Assembly (NCBI RefSeq): GCF_009914755.1
Contig: NC_060947.1
Length of the DNA: 64,000 nucleotides
Reading direction: 5' to 3' (one strand)
Source of the DNA: the human T2T-CHM13v2.0 reference genome, Homo sapiens
The notes under the pieces were generated by a model. That model saw nothing but the letters and a program-made list of their open reading frames with translations. It was not told where the DNA came from and searched no databases. The translations under genes and the position numbers were made by a program. The stretch's first letter is position 1. Each line of letters opens with the position of its first letter. Shown piece by piece: positions 41,400 through 55,627 of this stretch.

Positions 41400-43665
41400 A
41401 AGCTATGGTGAGTGATAGCTTGTATCAGAATTATCCTTCTACTATAAACAACTATAAAACCTGGAAAATATATATATAACAATCTATTCACAAAAATTGC
41501 AAGACAAGTAAGGCTACAACCTTTGAGAGAAGAAAACTGCATGAGGTGAATCCCAAAGGCTCCCTGAGGGCATTTTCTAATTCGCAGTACAGAGCAATAG
41601 AGCAAGAGCACAGAAAAACGGGTTTTCTGGGCAAATAATTTCAGAGACATCGTGGCAATTGGGCCTTGTGGCAGGTTGGTGATCCCCAAAGAGGCCACAG
41701 AGAAATAGTTGCAAAATTGGAATAAAATTTTCCTTAATTATTTAACTTATTTCTTTCTTTTCTTTTTCTTTTTTTTTAAGAAATCTCGCTCTGTCGCCCA
41801 GGCTGGAGTGAGTGCAGTGGTGTGATCTTGGTTCACTGCAACCTTCGTCTCCACGTTCAAGCAATTCTTCTGCCTCAGCCTCCCAAGTAGCTGGGACTAC
41901 AGGTACACTCCGCTGTGCCCGGGGTGTACCTGTAATGTACAAAAATGTTTGTATTTTAGTAGAGATGGGGTTTCACCATGTTGCCCAGGCTGGTTTTGAA
42001 CTCCTGAGCTCAGGCAATCTGCCCGCCCCGGCCTCCCAAAGTGCTAGGATTACATGTGTGAGCTACCACGCCTGGCCTTATTTATTTCTAAGCTATGCAT
42101 TTATATGATATGATAGAAGTCTGGGAGTTCTATCAGAGAACAGCTGCTGAGAGGCTGAAATGCTAGGTAGATATTTCAGAGGCAGCACAGATATTGGGAG
42201 ATGGAGGTTTAATTTTGAAAAGAAAAAAAAGGGGCAAAGAGACCTCAAAAAGACCCTACCATGTGGTTATGGAGTATGGAATACACTCTAACACAACCAT
42301 TTTAATAACAGACTAACCAAATCTCAACAGAACCAAGGTGGTCTACTGGCAATTTAACTATCTGCCACACTATTATTCTACATATTCTAGAGAAAAATAA
42401 TGTAATACAGAGTCACTGCAGTGTATTGTTCACAATATTTGGAATATAATAAAAATTACTAGATATGCAAAGACAAAAGAAAAATGACTAACAAGCAAGA
42501 AAAGTAATAATCAATACCAGTATACCAGAGATTAGATAAGATATATTGGGGTTAGCAGAGAAGGGCTTCAAAAAATGTTATTATTATATTAAATAAAATA
42601 GAGAAAAAATATTGGTAAAATAGATGAAAAGATGCATATTTCCAAAATGTAATTAGAATGTATAAATATATGTAAGTCAAGTCTATATTCTAAAACTGCA
42701 AAATATTATATCTGAAATTAAGAGCTATTTCAATAAATGGGTTGTTTACAGCAGACAGTAAACTTAATGATGTCCATTGAAAGTATTCCAACCAAAACAT
42801 GTAGAAAAAAAAAGGAAAACTGATAAAAGAGCATATATTAAATACACAGAAGGTCTAACATACATGTGAGACATCAACCCACAGATTAAAGAATTTCAAC
42901 AAACCACATGCAGGCTATAAATAAACAAAAACTCACCTACACACATCTTTATCAAATTATTAAAAAGTTAAAGATGGAAAAAAAACCTTAAAATCAACCA
43001 GAGAAAAGAGATACTCTTCAAAGGAACCACAGTAAGACTGATAGATGACTTTTTAGCAGAAGCAATGGAAGTCAGAAGTAGGATGACAAATGCTCCTCAT
43101 TTTCATATTAAATAGAAAAGAGAAATTATTACATTAAATAAACTGCAACAGTCCTAAGCAAATCAAGATGGTTGGTCACCCTAGCCACAAGATAATTGTG
43201 TAATATCTTTAACATAGTGAAAAAAAAGACTGCTAACATGTATTCTGTTCTTTACAATTGAAGACAAAATTGAATATATGTAAATAGCCTTCAAAAATGA
43301 AGGAAGAATTCAGATGTTTTAACAAAAATAAATGCTGAAAGGATTTCTCACAGGAGACTTGAACTACAGTAAAGGGAGTTCTTCTGCCTGAAGGGAAATA
43401 ATATCAGATGAAAATAAGAAACTGAAAAAAGTAACAAAAAGCACTACAAAGGAAAAACATGCACATAAAATAGAAAAGGATGCTGCCTGTTTAAAATAAA
43501 AACACTGTTAAAGTTTTTTAAAATGCATAACATATATAAAAGTCAAAAATATGATAACAATGGCACTGCTTTTTTGTAAAATTCTGGTCATTGGTTTGAA
43601 GTGGTGAAATTACCAATTTAATGTGAACTTAAAAAAATCAGACACGTATTTTAATCTGTAGTGGA
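41400..43665 (+). mobile_element. L1MC/L1MD 5' region and ORF1 (continues at ~54310)
   Basis: cagtaagactgatagatgactttttagcagaagcaatggaagtcagaag; ccttcaaaaatgaaggaagaat. Confidence 0.65.
41748..42076 (-). mobile_element. AluS with an internal rearrangement
   Basis: tctcgctctgtcgcccaggctggag ... ccacgcctggcc; non-consensus segment at ~41921-41945. Confidence 0.92.
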
Positions 43666-43667
43666 AC

Positions 43668-43750
43668 AGATATCAAACCTTTTGGACTGAGGAGCTGTTT
43701 AAACTCTTAAATATTATTTTGAACTCCAAAGGACCTTTGTTGGATATTAG
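43668..43750. mobile_element. Charlie1-family (MER119-like) hAT element, left end
   Basis: tcaaaccttttggactgaggagctgtttaaactcttaaatattatt...ccaaagga resembles the recalled Charlie1 terminus. Confidence 0.55.
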
Positions 43751-44263
43751 AAATGATTAATGACTTCAGTAAAATTCTAGGATACAAAATCAATATATAA
43801 AAATTATTAGCTTTTTTTTTATGGGTCTCACTCTGTCACACAGACTGGAGTGCAGTGGCATGATCTCAGCTCACCACAGCCTCCAATTCCTGGGCTCAAA
43901 TAATTCTCCGGCCTCAGCCTCCTGAGTAGCTGGGACTACCAGAACAAGCCACCAGCGCCTAGCTAAATTTTTGTATTTTTTGTAGAGATTGGGTCTCACC
44001 ATATTCTTGCCCAGGCTAAAATCAGTAGCATTTCTATACATCAATAACATTCAAGCTGAGAGCCAAATTAAGGACAAAATTCCATTTACAATAGTTACCC
44101 CAAAAAATGTACCTAGAAACAAATCAAACCAAAGAGGTAAAATAACTCTACAAGGAGAACCAAAAAAACACTGCTGAAAGAAATCAGAGATGACACCAAC
44201 AAATTTGAAAATATTCCATACTCACGGACTAGAAGAATTCATATTGTTAATATGGCCAGACTG
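43750..44263 (+). mobile_element. L1PB4-like ORF2, 5' piece (continues at 51582)
   Basis: gacttcagtaaaattctaggatacaaaatcaat ... cactgctgaaagaaatcagagatgacac. Confidence 0.8.
43812..44017 (-). mobile_element. 5'-truncated AluJ
   Basis: gggtctcactctgtcac...ctgggctcaa. Probable TSD aaaattattagc / aaaatcagtagc. Confidence 0.88.
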
Positions 44264-46069
44264 GTCTTTTGAGAAAAATGGCAGCTAGTTAGCAGGGAGG
44301 ACTAACTTGCAGCTCCTACTCAGATAGATGGAACAGCATGTGGAGATTCACATTGTGAACTTTTGCTTCAAGGACTACCACAGGAACATAGCAGGAAAAC
44401 CAAAAGAATTCACAGAACCTTTGAAGGAAGCAGCTTGCCACTGCAAGCTTCCTGTGACAGCCAAAAAACTGTGAGTGCCCAAGGTGTGAGAGAAGAAAGG
44501 TCCACTTCTGAACACAAATCATCCCTGGGGAACCTGAAAATCCACATCATGGAGAAGGATTTAATCTTCCCTAGAGCTAAAACAAATTTAGAGTGTGAAG
44601 CAAAATATAAAGGTAGAAGAAGCAGCAGAAAGAGCCCTGTGGGTACTCGCAATCCCCAATGAAGCCATTTTTGACTTTGTCTCATGGGGCTCCTTGGGTA
44701 AGGCTGCCAGTGAAATTGGGGCAGGATCACAGGAAGAAGGAAACTTCCAGCTGAACTTTGTAATAATTTAAAATGATCGTAAACTTTCCTGGGCAGAATC
44801 CAGGAGGACAGCAAATGGGAAGTGCAAATATGAGCACAGAAGCCAAGGAAAGCAGGGAAAGGTGGAGCCTGAAAGCCCTGCTTGTGTTCTCAGCAAAGAG
44901 GTTGGTTGCCTGAGGCAAGATCTGAGTCTGGCACCAGAGGCCTGAATATTAACTCCATGCAGGTGGTGGGAATGAGACTGTCCTTGTTGGCTGCATGGTA
45001 AGTGGGTGATGCCTGTCGCTGCCAGCTTTCCCTGACTTCCCTGGTGACCTGTATATTGCAGCAGAAGCAGCCATAATCCTCCTGGGAATGTAACTCCATT
45101 TGCCTAAGAACCACACCCCTATCCCCAACAGAGGCTGCAGCAAGCCCCGCCCAAGGAGAGTCTGAGCTTAGAAATGCCTAACCCTGCACCTACCTGATGC
45201 TCTATCTCTACCTGCCCTGGTAGCCAAAAATAAGAGACATAATCTCTTGGGAGCTCTATGGCACTGCCCATTGCCTGAGAAACCTGAATATTCATCCAGG
45301 TGACCTTAGGGCAAGCTTGTATCAGCTGATGCTGTCTTGAATCCACCACCTCCTGGCTAGAAGCCAACCAACCATCAACAAAACTAGCATTTGAGAAAAC
45401 CAGTGAACTAAACAAAGCTACAACCAAAGATCTTCACAGATTCCACTTCACGCCTCTGCTATCTCCACTGAAGTAGGGGCTGGTATCCATGGCTGAGAGA
45501 CCTGAAGACAGATCATATCACAGGACTCTTTACAGACAGTCCCCATTACCAGCCTGGAGCCCAGTAACTCTGCTGGGTGGCTAGACCCAGAAGAGCAATA
45601 AAAATGACTGCAGTCCAGCTCTCAAGAAGTCCTATTTTTAGGGAAAAAGAGAGAGCATTACATCAAGGGACCACCTCATGGGACAAAAAAATTAGAACAG
45701 CAGCCTGTAAACCCCATATTTTTTCTCTGACATAGACTACCCAAATGAAAAGGAACCTGAAAAACAATTCTGGTAATATAAAAAAAGCAAAGTTCTTTAA
45801 CAACCCCAAAACATCACACTAGGTCATGAGCAATGGATTCAAACCAAAAACAAATCTCTGAAATGCCAGAAAAAAATTCAGAAGGTTGATTATTAAGCTA
45901 CTCAGTGAGGCACCAAAAAAGGTAAAAACCAATTTAAAGAAATTTAAAAAATAAATACAGGATAAGGATGAAAAAATCCCAGAGAAATAGATAGCATTTA
46001 TAAAAAGCAATCACAACTTCCAGAAATAAAAGACACATTTAGAAAAATGCAAAATATACTGGAAAGTTA

Positions 46070-46550
<481 letters not shown>

Positions 46551-47552
46551 TTTGGAAAACTTATTTAAGGAAATAATCAAGGAAAAACAACTTCCCTGGC
46601 CTTGTTAGATATATAGACACGCAAACAGATAAAGCTCAAGGAACACCCAGAAAATTCATCCCAAAAGATCATAACCTGGACAGATAGTTATCAGGTTATC
46701 TAAAGTCAAGATGCAGGAAAGAATTGTAAAGGCTGTGAGGCAAAAGCATCAAATAACTATAAAGAAAAATTAACCAAATTAACAGCAGATTTCTCATCAG
46801 AAACCCTACAAGCTAGAAGGAAATGAAGCCTATCTCTAGCCTCCTTAAACAAAACAATTATCAGCCAATAATCTTGTATCCAAGGAAATTAAGTTTCATA
46901 AATAAAGAAAAAATAAAGCATTTTTTAGACAAATAGATGCTGAGAGAATTCACCACTGCCAAGATAACACTACAAGCACGCTAAAAGAAGTTCTATATCT
47001 TGAAACAATACCTCAACATACACCAAAATAGGACCTCAATAAAGCATAACTCCCACAGGGCCTATAAAACAATAACACAATGAAAAACATACCAAAGTAT
47101 TCAAGTAACAACTAGCATAATGAACAGAATAGCACCTCATATCTCAATACTAACGGTGAACGTAAATGGCCTAAATGCTCCACTTAAAAGACACAGAATG
47201 GCAGAATGGATAAGAATTCACCAACCAAGTATCTGTTGTCTTCAAGAAACTCACCTACCATGTAAGGTCTCACATAAACTTAAAGTAAAGGGATGGAAAG
47301 AGATATTTTATGCAAATGGACACCAAAAGCAAGCAAGAGTAGCTATATTCTTATATCAGACAAAACACACTTTAAAGCAGCAACAATTAAAAAAGACAAA
47401 AAGGGACCTTATATAATGATAAGAGGACTAGTCCAACAGGAAAATATTATAATCTTAAATATATATTCACCTGACACTGGAGCTCCCAAACTCATAAAAC
47501 AATTACTATTAGACATAAGAAATGAGACACACAGAAACACAATAATAGTAGT

Positions 47553-47898
47553 TGTATTAGTGAGTTCTCATGCTGCTAATGAAGACATACCTAAGACTAG
47601 GTAATTTATAAAGGAAAGACTCACAGTTCCACATGGCTGTGGAGGCATCACGATCATGGCAAAAGGCAAAGGAAGAGTAAAGTCACGTCTCACATGGTGG
47701 CAGGCAAAAAAAGCATGTGTAGAGGATCTGCCCTTTATAAATCCATCAGATCTCATGAGACTTATTTACTACCATGAGATCAGTGTGGGGAAAACCGCTA
47801 CCATAATTCAATTATCTCCACCTGGCCCCACCCATGACATGTGGGGATCATTACAATTTAAGGTGAGATTTGGGTGAGGACACAGACAAACCATACCA
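47553..47898 (-). mobile_element. THE1 solo LTR inside L1PB ORF2
   Basis: tgtattagt...aaaccatacca; perfect 5-bp TSD gtagt (47548-47552 / 47899-47903). Confidence 0.92.
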
Positions 47899-50800
47899 GT
47901 AGTGGACTGCAATACTCCACTGACAGCACTAAACGGGTCATCAAGACAAAAAGTAAACAAAGAAAAAAATGGACTTAAACTATTCCCTAGAACAAATGGA
48001 CTTAACATGTATTTACAGAATATTCTATGCAACAACTGCAGAATATGCATTCTTCTCATTAGCACATGGAACATTCTCCAAGATAGGCCATATAAAAGAA
48101 CCACAAAACAAGTCTCAATATGTTTAATAAAATTGAAATCATATCAAGTACCTTCTCAGACCATGGTGGAATAAAACTGGAAATTAATCCCGAAAGGAAC
48201 CCTCATGACTATGCAAATACATGTAAATTAAATAGTCTCTTTAATAATCTTTGGTGTTAACAATAAAATCAAGAGGAAAATTTAAAAATTATTTTAACAG
48301 AATGACAACAGTGATACAACTTATAAAAAACTCTGGGATACAGCAAAAGCAGTGCTAAGAGAAAAGTTCATACCATTAATTTTCTACATCAAAAAGTCTG
48401 AGATAGCACAAATAGACAACCTAACATCACACCTCAAGGAACTACAGAAACAAGAACAAACTAAACCCAAATCCAGCAGAAGAAAAGAAATAACAAAAAT
48501 CAGAAAAGAACTCAATGAAATTGAAACAAAAGACAATCAAAAAATAAATAAAACAAAAAAGCTAGTTCTTTGAAATGAAAAACAAAATCTATGGATCATT
48601 AGTGAGATTAACCAAGGAAATAAGAGAGAAGAGCCAAATAAACTCAATTAGAAATGAAATGGGAGATATTACAAATGATGTCACAGAAATACAAAAAATC
48701 ATTGAAAGCAACTATGAATACCTTTATGCACACAAACTAGAAAACCTAGAGAAGATGGATAAATTCCTGGAAATATACAATCCTCCCAGAATAAACCAGG
48801 AAAAAACAGAAACTCTGAGCAGATCAATAGTAAGCAGCAAGATTGAAATGGTAATTGTGAAAAAAAATTGCCCACCAAAAACAAAAAGCCCAGGACCAGA
48901 TAGATTCACATATTAATTTATCAGATATTCAAAGAAGAATTGATACCAGTCCTATTGACACTATTCCAAAAGACAGAAAAAGAGAGAATTCTCATTAAAT
49001 CATTCTGTGAAGCCAGTGTCACCCTAATACCAAAACCAGGAAACAACAACAACAGCAACAACAAAACTACAGACCAATATACCAGATTAACGTAGATGCA
49101 AAAATTCTCAACAAAATACTAGCTAACCAAATCCAACAGCATTTCAAAAAGATAATCCATCATGATCACGTGGGTTTCATACCAAGGATAAGGGAATAGT
49201 TTAACATACACAAGTCAATAAATGAGCTACACCACATAAATAGAAGTAAAAAAAAAATAAGACCATATCAATAGACACAGAATAAAAATTTGACAAAATT
49301 CAGTACCCTTATATATTAAAACCATCAGCAAAATCAGCATAGAAGAGACATATCTTAAGGTAATAAAAGCCACATATGATACTGAATAGGAAAAAGATGA
49401 AAGCTTTTTCTGTGAGAACTGGAAAAAGACAAGGATGTCTGCTTTCACCACTTTTATTCAACAAAGTTCTGTATGTCCTAGACAGAGCAATCAAGAAACA
49501 GAAAGGAAATAAAGTGCATTTAAGTCGTAAAAAGAAAGTCAAACTATCATTGTTCACTGAAAATATGATTGTATATCTTGAAAACCCTAAGGACTCATTC
49601 AAAAAGCTTCTAGATATGATAAATGAATTCAGTAAAATTTCATGATAAAAAAAATCAATGTACACAAATTAGTTACACTGCTATACACCAAGAACAACCA
49701 AGCTGAGAATAAAATCAAGAACGTTACCCCTTTTACGATAGCTGCACAAAAGAAGCAAAATACTTAGGAGTGTACTTAATCAAAGAGGTGAAAGACCTCT
49801 ACAAGGAAAACCATAAAACACTGCTGAAAGAAATCACAGATGGCACAAAAAAGTGAAAACACACCTCATACTCATGAATAGGTAGAATCAATATTGTGAA
49901 AATGACCATACTGCCAAAAGCAATCTACAAATTCAACACAATCTCCATCAAAATACCATCATCGTCATTCTTCACAGAACTAGAAAAAACAATCCTAAAA
50001 TTCATATGGAACCAAAAAAGAGCCTGCATAGCCAAAGCAAGACTAAGCAAAAATAACAAATCTGTAGGCATCAGATCACCTGATTTCAAACTATACTACA
50101 AGGCTATAGTCACCAAAACATCATGGTACTGGTATAATAAAAGGCGCATAGACCAATTGAACAGAATAGAGAACACAGAAATAAAGCCAAATACTTACAG
50201 CCAACTGATCTTTGACAAGGCAAACAAAAATATAAAATGAAATAAAAGACTATTATTCAACAAATGGCGCTGGGATAATTGGCAAGCCACATGTAGAAGA
50301 ATGAAACTGGATCCTGATCTCTCATCTATTATACAAAAATCAACTCAAAATGGATCAAAGACTTAAATACAAGACCTCAAAGCATAAAGATTCTGGAAGG
50401 CAACATCAGAAAAACTCTTCTAGACATTGGCTTAGGCAAAGACTTCATGACCAAGAACCCGAAAACAAATGCAACGAAAACAAAGATAAATACAGGGGAC
50501 TTAATTAAAAACCTTCTGCAACACAAAAGAAATAATTAGCGGAGTAACAGACAACCCACATAGAGTGAGAAAATCTTCACAAACTACACATTTGACAAAG
50601 AACTAATATCCAGAATCTACAAAGAACTCAAAGAAATCAGCAAGAAAAAAAATAATGTCATCAAAAAGTGGGCAAAGGACATGAATAGACAATTTTGAAA
50701 AGAAAATATACAAAGGGCCAACAAACATAAAAAAATGCTAAACATCACTAATTATCAGAAAAATGTAAATCAAAACTGCAATGCAATACCACCTTACTCC

Positions 50801-51370
50801 TGCAAGAATGGCCATAATTTAAAAATCAAAAAATAATAGATGTTGGCGTGGATGTGGTGAAAAGGGAACAATTTTACACTGCTGATGGGAATGTAAACTA
50901 GTATAACCATTATGGAAAACAGTATGGATATTCCTTGGTGAACTTAAAGTACATCTATTATTTGATCCAGCCATCCCACTCCTGGGAATCTACCCAGAGA
51001 GAAAGAAGTCATTATATGAAAAAGGTTCTTGCATATGCATGTCTATAGCAGTACAATTCACAATTGCAAAAATATGGAATGAGTCCAAATGCCCATCAAT
51101 CAATGAGTGAATTAAGAAAATCTGGCATATAGATACCATGGAATACCACTCAGCCATAAAATGGAATGAAATAACGGCATTTGCAGCAACCTGGATAGAG
51201 TTGGAGACCATTATTTTAAGTGAAGTAACTCAAGAATTGAAAATCAAAGATCGTATTTTCTCACTTGTAAGTGGGAGGTAAGTTATGAAGATGCAAAGAC
51301 ACAAAAATAATACAATAAACGTTGGGGGATCGGGGTAAGGGTGGAAAGGGGTGAGGGATAAAAGACTGCA

Positions 51371-51484
51371 CATTGGTTACAGTGTACACTGCTCAGGTGA
51401 TGAGTACACAAAAATCTTGGAAATCACCATTGGTTACAGTGTACACTGCTCAGGTGATGAGTACACCAAAATCTTGGAAATCAC
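51371..51484 (+). repeat. 57-bp tandem duplication in the L1PB 3'UTR
   Basis: cattggttacagtgtacactgctcaggtgatgagtacac[a/c]aaaatcttggaaatcac twice, one mismatch. Confidence 0.97.
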
Positions 51485-52129
51485 CACTAAAGAACTTATG
51501 CATGTAACCACGCATCACCTATTCTCCAGTAACCTATTGAAATAAAAATAAAATAAAATAAAATTTGATGCAAATGAAAACAAAATGGCCAGACAGTCCA
51601 AAGCAATCTACAGATTTAATGCAATTCCTATTAAACTATCAATGTCATTTTACAGAATTAGAACAAACTATTCTAAAATTCATATGGAACCAAAAAAGAG
51701 CCCACACATTCAAAGCAATTTTAAGCAAAAAGAACAAAGCCAGAGGCATCACACTACCTGACTTCAAATTATACTATAAGATTATAGTAACCAAAACAGC
51801 ACAGTACTGATTCAAGTACAGATAAATAGACCAATGGAACAGAATAGAGAACCCGGAAATAAAGCCACAAATCTACAGATCTTTGACAAAGTTGACAAAA
51901 ATAAGCAATGGGGAAAGAATTCTCTATTCAATAAGTGGTGCTGGGATAGCTGGCTAAGCCATATGCAGAAGAATGAAACTGGACTCCTACCTTTCACTGT
52001 ATACAAAAATTAACTCAAGATAGATTAAAGATTTAAATTTAAGATCTCAAACTGTAAGAAACCTAAAAGAAAATCTAGGAAATACCTTTCACAACATTGG
52101 TCTTGGCAAAGAATTTTTGGCTATTTCCC

Positions 52130-52498
52130 TGATATGGTTTGGCTCTGTGTCTTCACTCAAATCTCATCTCAAATTGTAATTTTCTTAATCTCCACATGTC
52201 AAGAGCATAACCTGGTGGGGGGTGATTGAATCATGGGAGTGGCTTCCTCCATGCTGTTCTTGTGATGGTAAGTTCTCGTGAAATCTGATGGTTTTATAAG
52301 TGTTTGACAGTTCCTCCTACACTCTCTCTTTCTCCTGCCGCCTGATGAAGAAGTTGCCTGCTTCCCTTTCTGTTATAATTGTAAGTTTCTTGAGGCCTCC
52401 CCGGACATGTGGAACTGTGAGTCAATTAAACCTTTTTCCTTTATAAATTGCCCAGTCTCCAGTATGTCTTTACAGCAGTATGAAAATGGACTAATACA
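52130..52498 (+). mobile_element. THE1D/MSTA-like solo LTR
   Basis: tgatatggtttggctctgtgtc ... ggactaataca; TSD ttccc/gtccc. Confidence 0.9.
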
Positions 52499-52736
52499 GT
52501 CCCCAAAAGCAATGGCAACAAAAACAAAAATAGACAAGTGGAACCTAAGCAAACTAAAGAGCTTCTGAATGGTGAAATAAACTATCAACAGAATAAACAG
52601 GCAACATACAAAATGGAAGAACATATTCATAAACTATGTATCTGACAAAAGCCTAATATTCAGAATCTATAAGGAACTTAAACAATTCAACAAGCAACAC
52701 AACAAATAAATAGCCCCATTAAAGAGTGGGCCAAAG

Positions 52737-53026
52737 GCGCTAGGTGCAGTGGCTTACGCCTGTAATTTTAGCATTTTGAGAGACTGAAGCTTGTGGATCA
52801 CTTGAGGCTGGAATTTCAGACCAGCCTGGCCAACATGAAGAAACCCGTCTCTACTAAAAGTACAAAAACTACCTGGGCATCGTGGTGCATGTTTGTAATC
52901 CCATTTACTCCAGAGGCTGAGGCTCGATAATCACTTCAACCCAGGAGGCAGAGGTTGCAGTGAGTTGAGATCACGCCAGTACACCCCAACCTGGGTGCAG
53001 AGTAAGACTGTTTCAAAAAGTAAAAT
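52737..53026 (+). mobile_element. Alu (S/J)
   Basis: Full dimer. TSD aaagagtgggccaaag / aaaaagtgggcaaaag. Confidence 0.92.
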
Positions 53027-53875
53027 AAAAAGTGGGCAAAAGACATGAACAGACATTTCTCAAAAGAAGACATAAAAGTGGCCAACAAACGTATGAAAAA
53101 ACACTTCACATTACTAATCATCAGAGAAATGCAAATTTAAACCACAATGTGATACCATCTTACACCAGTCAGAGTGGGCATTATTAAAATGTCAGAAAAT
53201 AACAGATGCTGGTACGGTTGCAGAGAAAAGGGAATGTTTATGCAGTGTTGGGAATGTAAAGTAGTTCAGCCTCTGTGGAAAGCAGTTTGGGAATTTCTCG
53301 AAGAACCTAAAACATAACTACCATTCCACCCAGCAATCCCACTATTCAGTATATATACCAAAGAAAATAAATTCTTCTACCAAAAAGACATATGTATTTG
53401 TATGTTCTTCACAGCACTATTTACAATAGCAAAAACATGGAATCATCCTAGGTGCCCATCAGTTGGGAATTGGATAAAGAAAATGTGGTATGTATACACC
53501 ATAGAATATTATACAGCAATAAAAAAATAATGAAATAATGTTCTTTGCAGCAACATGGATGCAGCCAGAGGCCATTATTCTAAGCAAATTAACACAAGAA
53601 CAGAAAAACAAATACGGCATATTTTCACCTATAAGTGGGAGCTAAGCATAGGGTACTCATGGATATAAAGGTGGCAACAACAGACAGTTGAAACTACTAG
53701 CGGCAGGAAGGAGGGAATGGAGCGAGGTTTGAAAAACTACCTATTGGGTACTATGCTCACTACCTGGTATCGAGACACATACCCCAAACCTCAGCATCAT
53801 GCAATATACCAATGTAACCAACCTGCACATGTACCCCCATAGTCTAAAATAAAATTTGAAATCAAAAAACAACTA

Positions 53876-54302
53876 AAGAGGATTTGCTTATGTGAGTTAA
53901 ATCTTTTGACAGCTTCCATATGTTTTCAAGTAATTTATTAATTCATTTAGATGTAGCAATAATAAATCCATCGCATGTTAACATAAATAGCATATTTTTA
54001 TGAAAAATAACTATTTTATGAAACTGAACAAAAATTTAAAAGTTGCATTTTTAAATATTTTTCGAATGCCTTTAATTCTGGTTTAATAGAATACAGCTGG
54101 TTATTCATATTTGCTTTCACATTTAATAAATTGTGATATCACGTGTTATAGCACTGTAATATTCCACTGTATATACATAAAAATGAGAATTTAAAAGGAA
54201 AACACTCTTTTAATATTATGAAAATAGTTTTGACCTCATGAACCCCCTGAAAAGATCCTGGGACACAAAGAGTTTTCCAAAACATACTTTAAAAATCTGC
54301 TG
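53876..54302. mobile_element. Charlie1-family (MER119-like) hAT element, remainder
   Basis: catgttaacataaatagcatatttttatgaaaaataactatttt; tattatgaaaatagttttgacctcatgaaccccctgaaa; ends ctgctg. Confidence 0.7.
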
Positions 54303-54309
54303 TATATTA

Positions 54310-55430
54310 TTCATGGGAAGAATAATAAAACCTAATAGATGAGAAGAAACAGCAATAAAAATATGTAATCAAAAATAAAACAGGAAAGAGAAAAAAATGA
54401 ACGAAGAAAAGATGGGGCAAGAAACAGATATTATAATAGATGAAAATTCAACTACATCAGCAATTACCTTAAATTTAAATAGCTTAACACTTCATTTAAA
54501 ACACAAAGATTGTAATGCTGTATTAAAATTGATCTAAATAATTTTATAAGAGATATATTCTAAATATAAGGACACAGAAGTATTGCACCTGAAAACAATT
54601 TTAAAGGATATATCATGTCAAACTGAATATAGGTAGTGTTCAACAACCTGAATGACTTTTACAGAAAGTATGGTAAGTGGAGGAAGCCAGAGACAAACAC
54701 ATACTGTATATAGTCATTTATATAAATTTCAAAACAGAAAAATATAATTATGAGATAATTTAGAATTTTGTTTACCAACTGGGTTATAGACTGGGAAGGA
54801 GTATGAGAGAATCTTATGGGGTGCTGGAAAAGTTCTACATTCTTACTTCTGTTTTGGTCATGCAGTTATATACATATGTATAAATACCATCAAGCTGTAT
54901 ATTTGTGAGTGGTGCACTTGTAAGTTATTTATTATAAAATAAATGAAGTTATATTAAAAGAAGCTATGGTGATCAGGAAAATCATTAAAATGTTGTTTAT
55001 AAGCTTTGGCAGTTAAAGAAGACTAACTTTGGCAGGTGAGGAAAAGATGGAACTATAATATTGGACAATGGCAATAAAAAAGGTGGAAGAGAAGAGATTG
55101 GATTATAAGGGGTTCAAGTTATTGTATTGATCAGAGAAGTATATATGTATTGATGAACCAGATTATGTCTGTTGTGTAGTTAAAACTTTCAGGTTAAAGG
55201 TACATAAATAGAATGTGCAATGTCTTAAACAATAGATGGGAAAATGAAGAGAATGAAGAAAATGTGATTTAATAGAATGCAGGGAGGGGGAGGAAAGTGG
55301 GACAAGAATAACAACATAGTACATAGAAGACATACAGTCAGATGGTAGAATAAATCCAAATGTATCAGAATGACAATAAATAAATGGATAAAAGCCATCT
55401 GTTAAAAGACAGAGATTGTTAGATTGGCTG
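54310..55430 (+). mobile_element. Ancient L1MC/L1ME fragments
   Basis: atcagcaattaccttaaatttaaatagc, gactgggaagggagtatgagaga, gttaaaagacagagattgttagattgg. Confidence 0.6.
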
Positions 55431-55585
55431 TTCTCTTCAATTCTGAAGAATGCCTGTCTGTAACTTATAAATAATAGATTATTTGAAACATACTTGTATT
55501 AACATTAAATATTTAGTTTGTAACCTTAAATAAACAACAGATTTTGTGTCAACAGACAATAACTCCTTTTTCCTTTTTCTTGTAG

Positions 55586-55627
55586 TCTGATCTCAGCCAT
55601 GAAATGGAATCTGATATGATAGATGTG
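55586..55627 (+). CDS. Probable 42-nt internal coding exon (SDLSHEMESDMIDV), gene not identified
   Basis: Acceptor ctcctttttcctttttcttgtag and donor GTG|gtaagt. Length is a multiple of 3, only the phase-0 frame is stop-free, and the context is unique sequence. Confidence 0.65.

Larger units (their letters stand above)
51582..53875 (+). mobile_element. L1PB4-like 3' piece
   Basis: ORF2 resumes ccaaagcaatctacagatttaatgc. 3'UTR ccccaaacctcagcatcatgcaatatacc...ctaaaataaaatttgaaa. Confidence 0.85.

Noticed and set aside
51351-51545. Repeat peptide IGYSVHCSGDEYTKILEIT twice
   Set aside because: Translation of the 57-bp duplication in non-coding L1 3'UTR.
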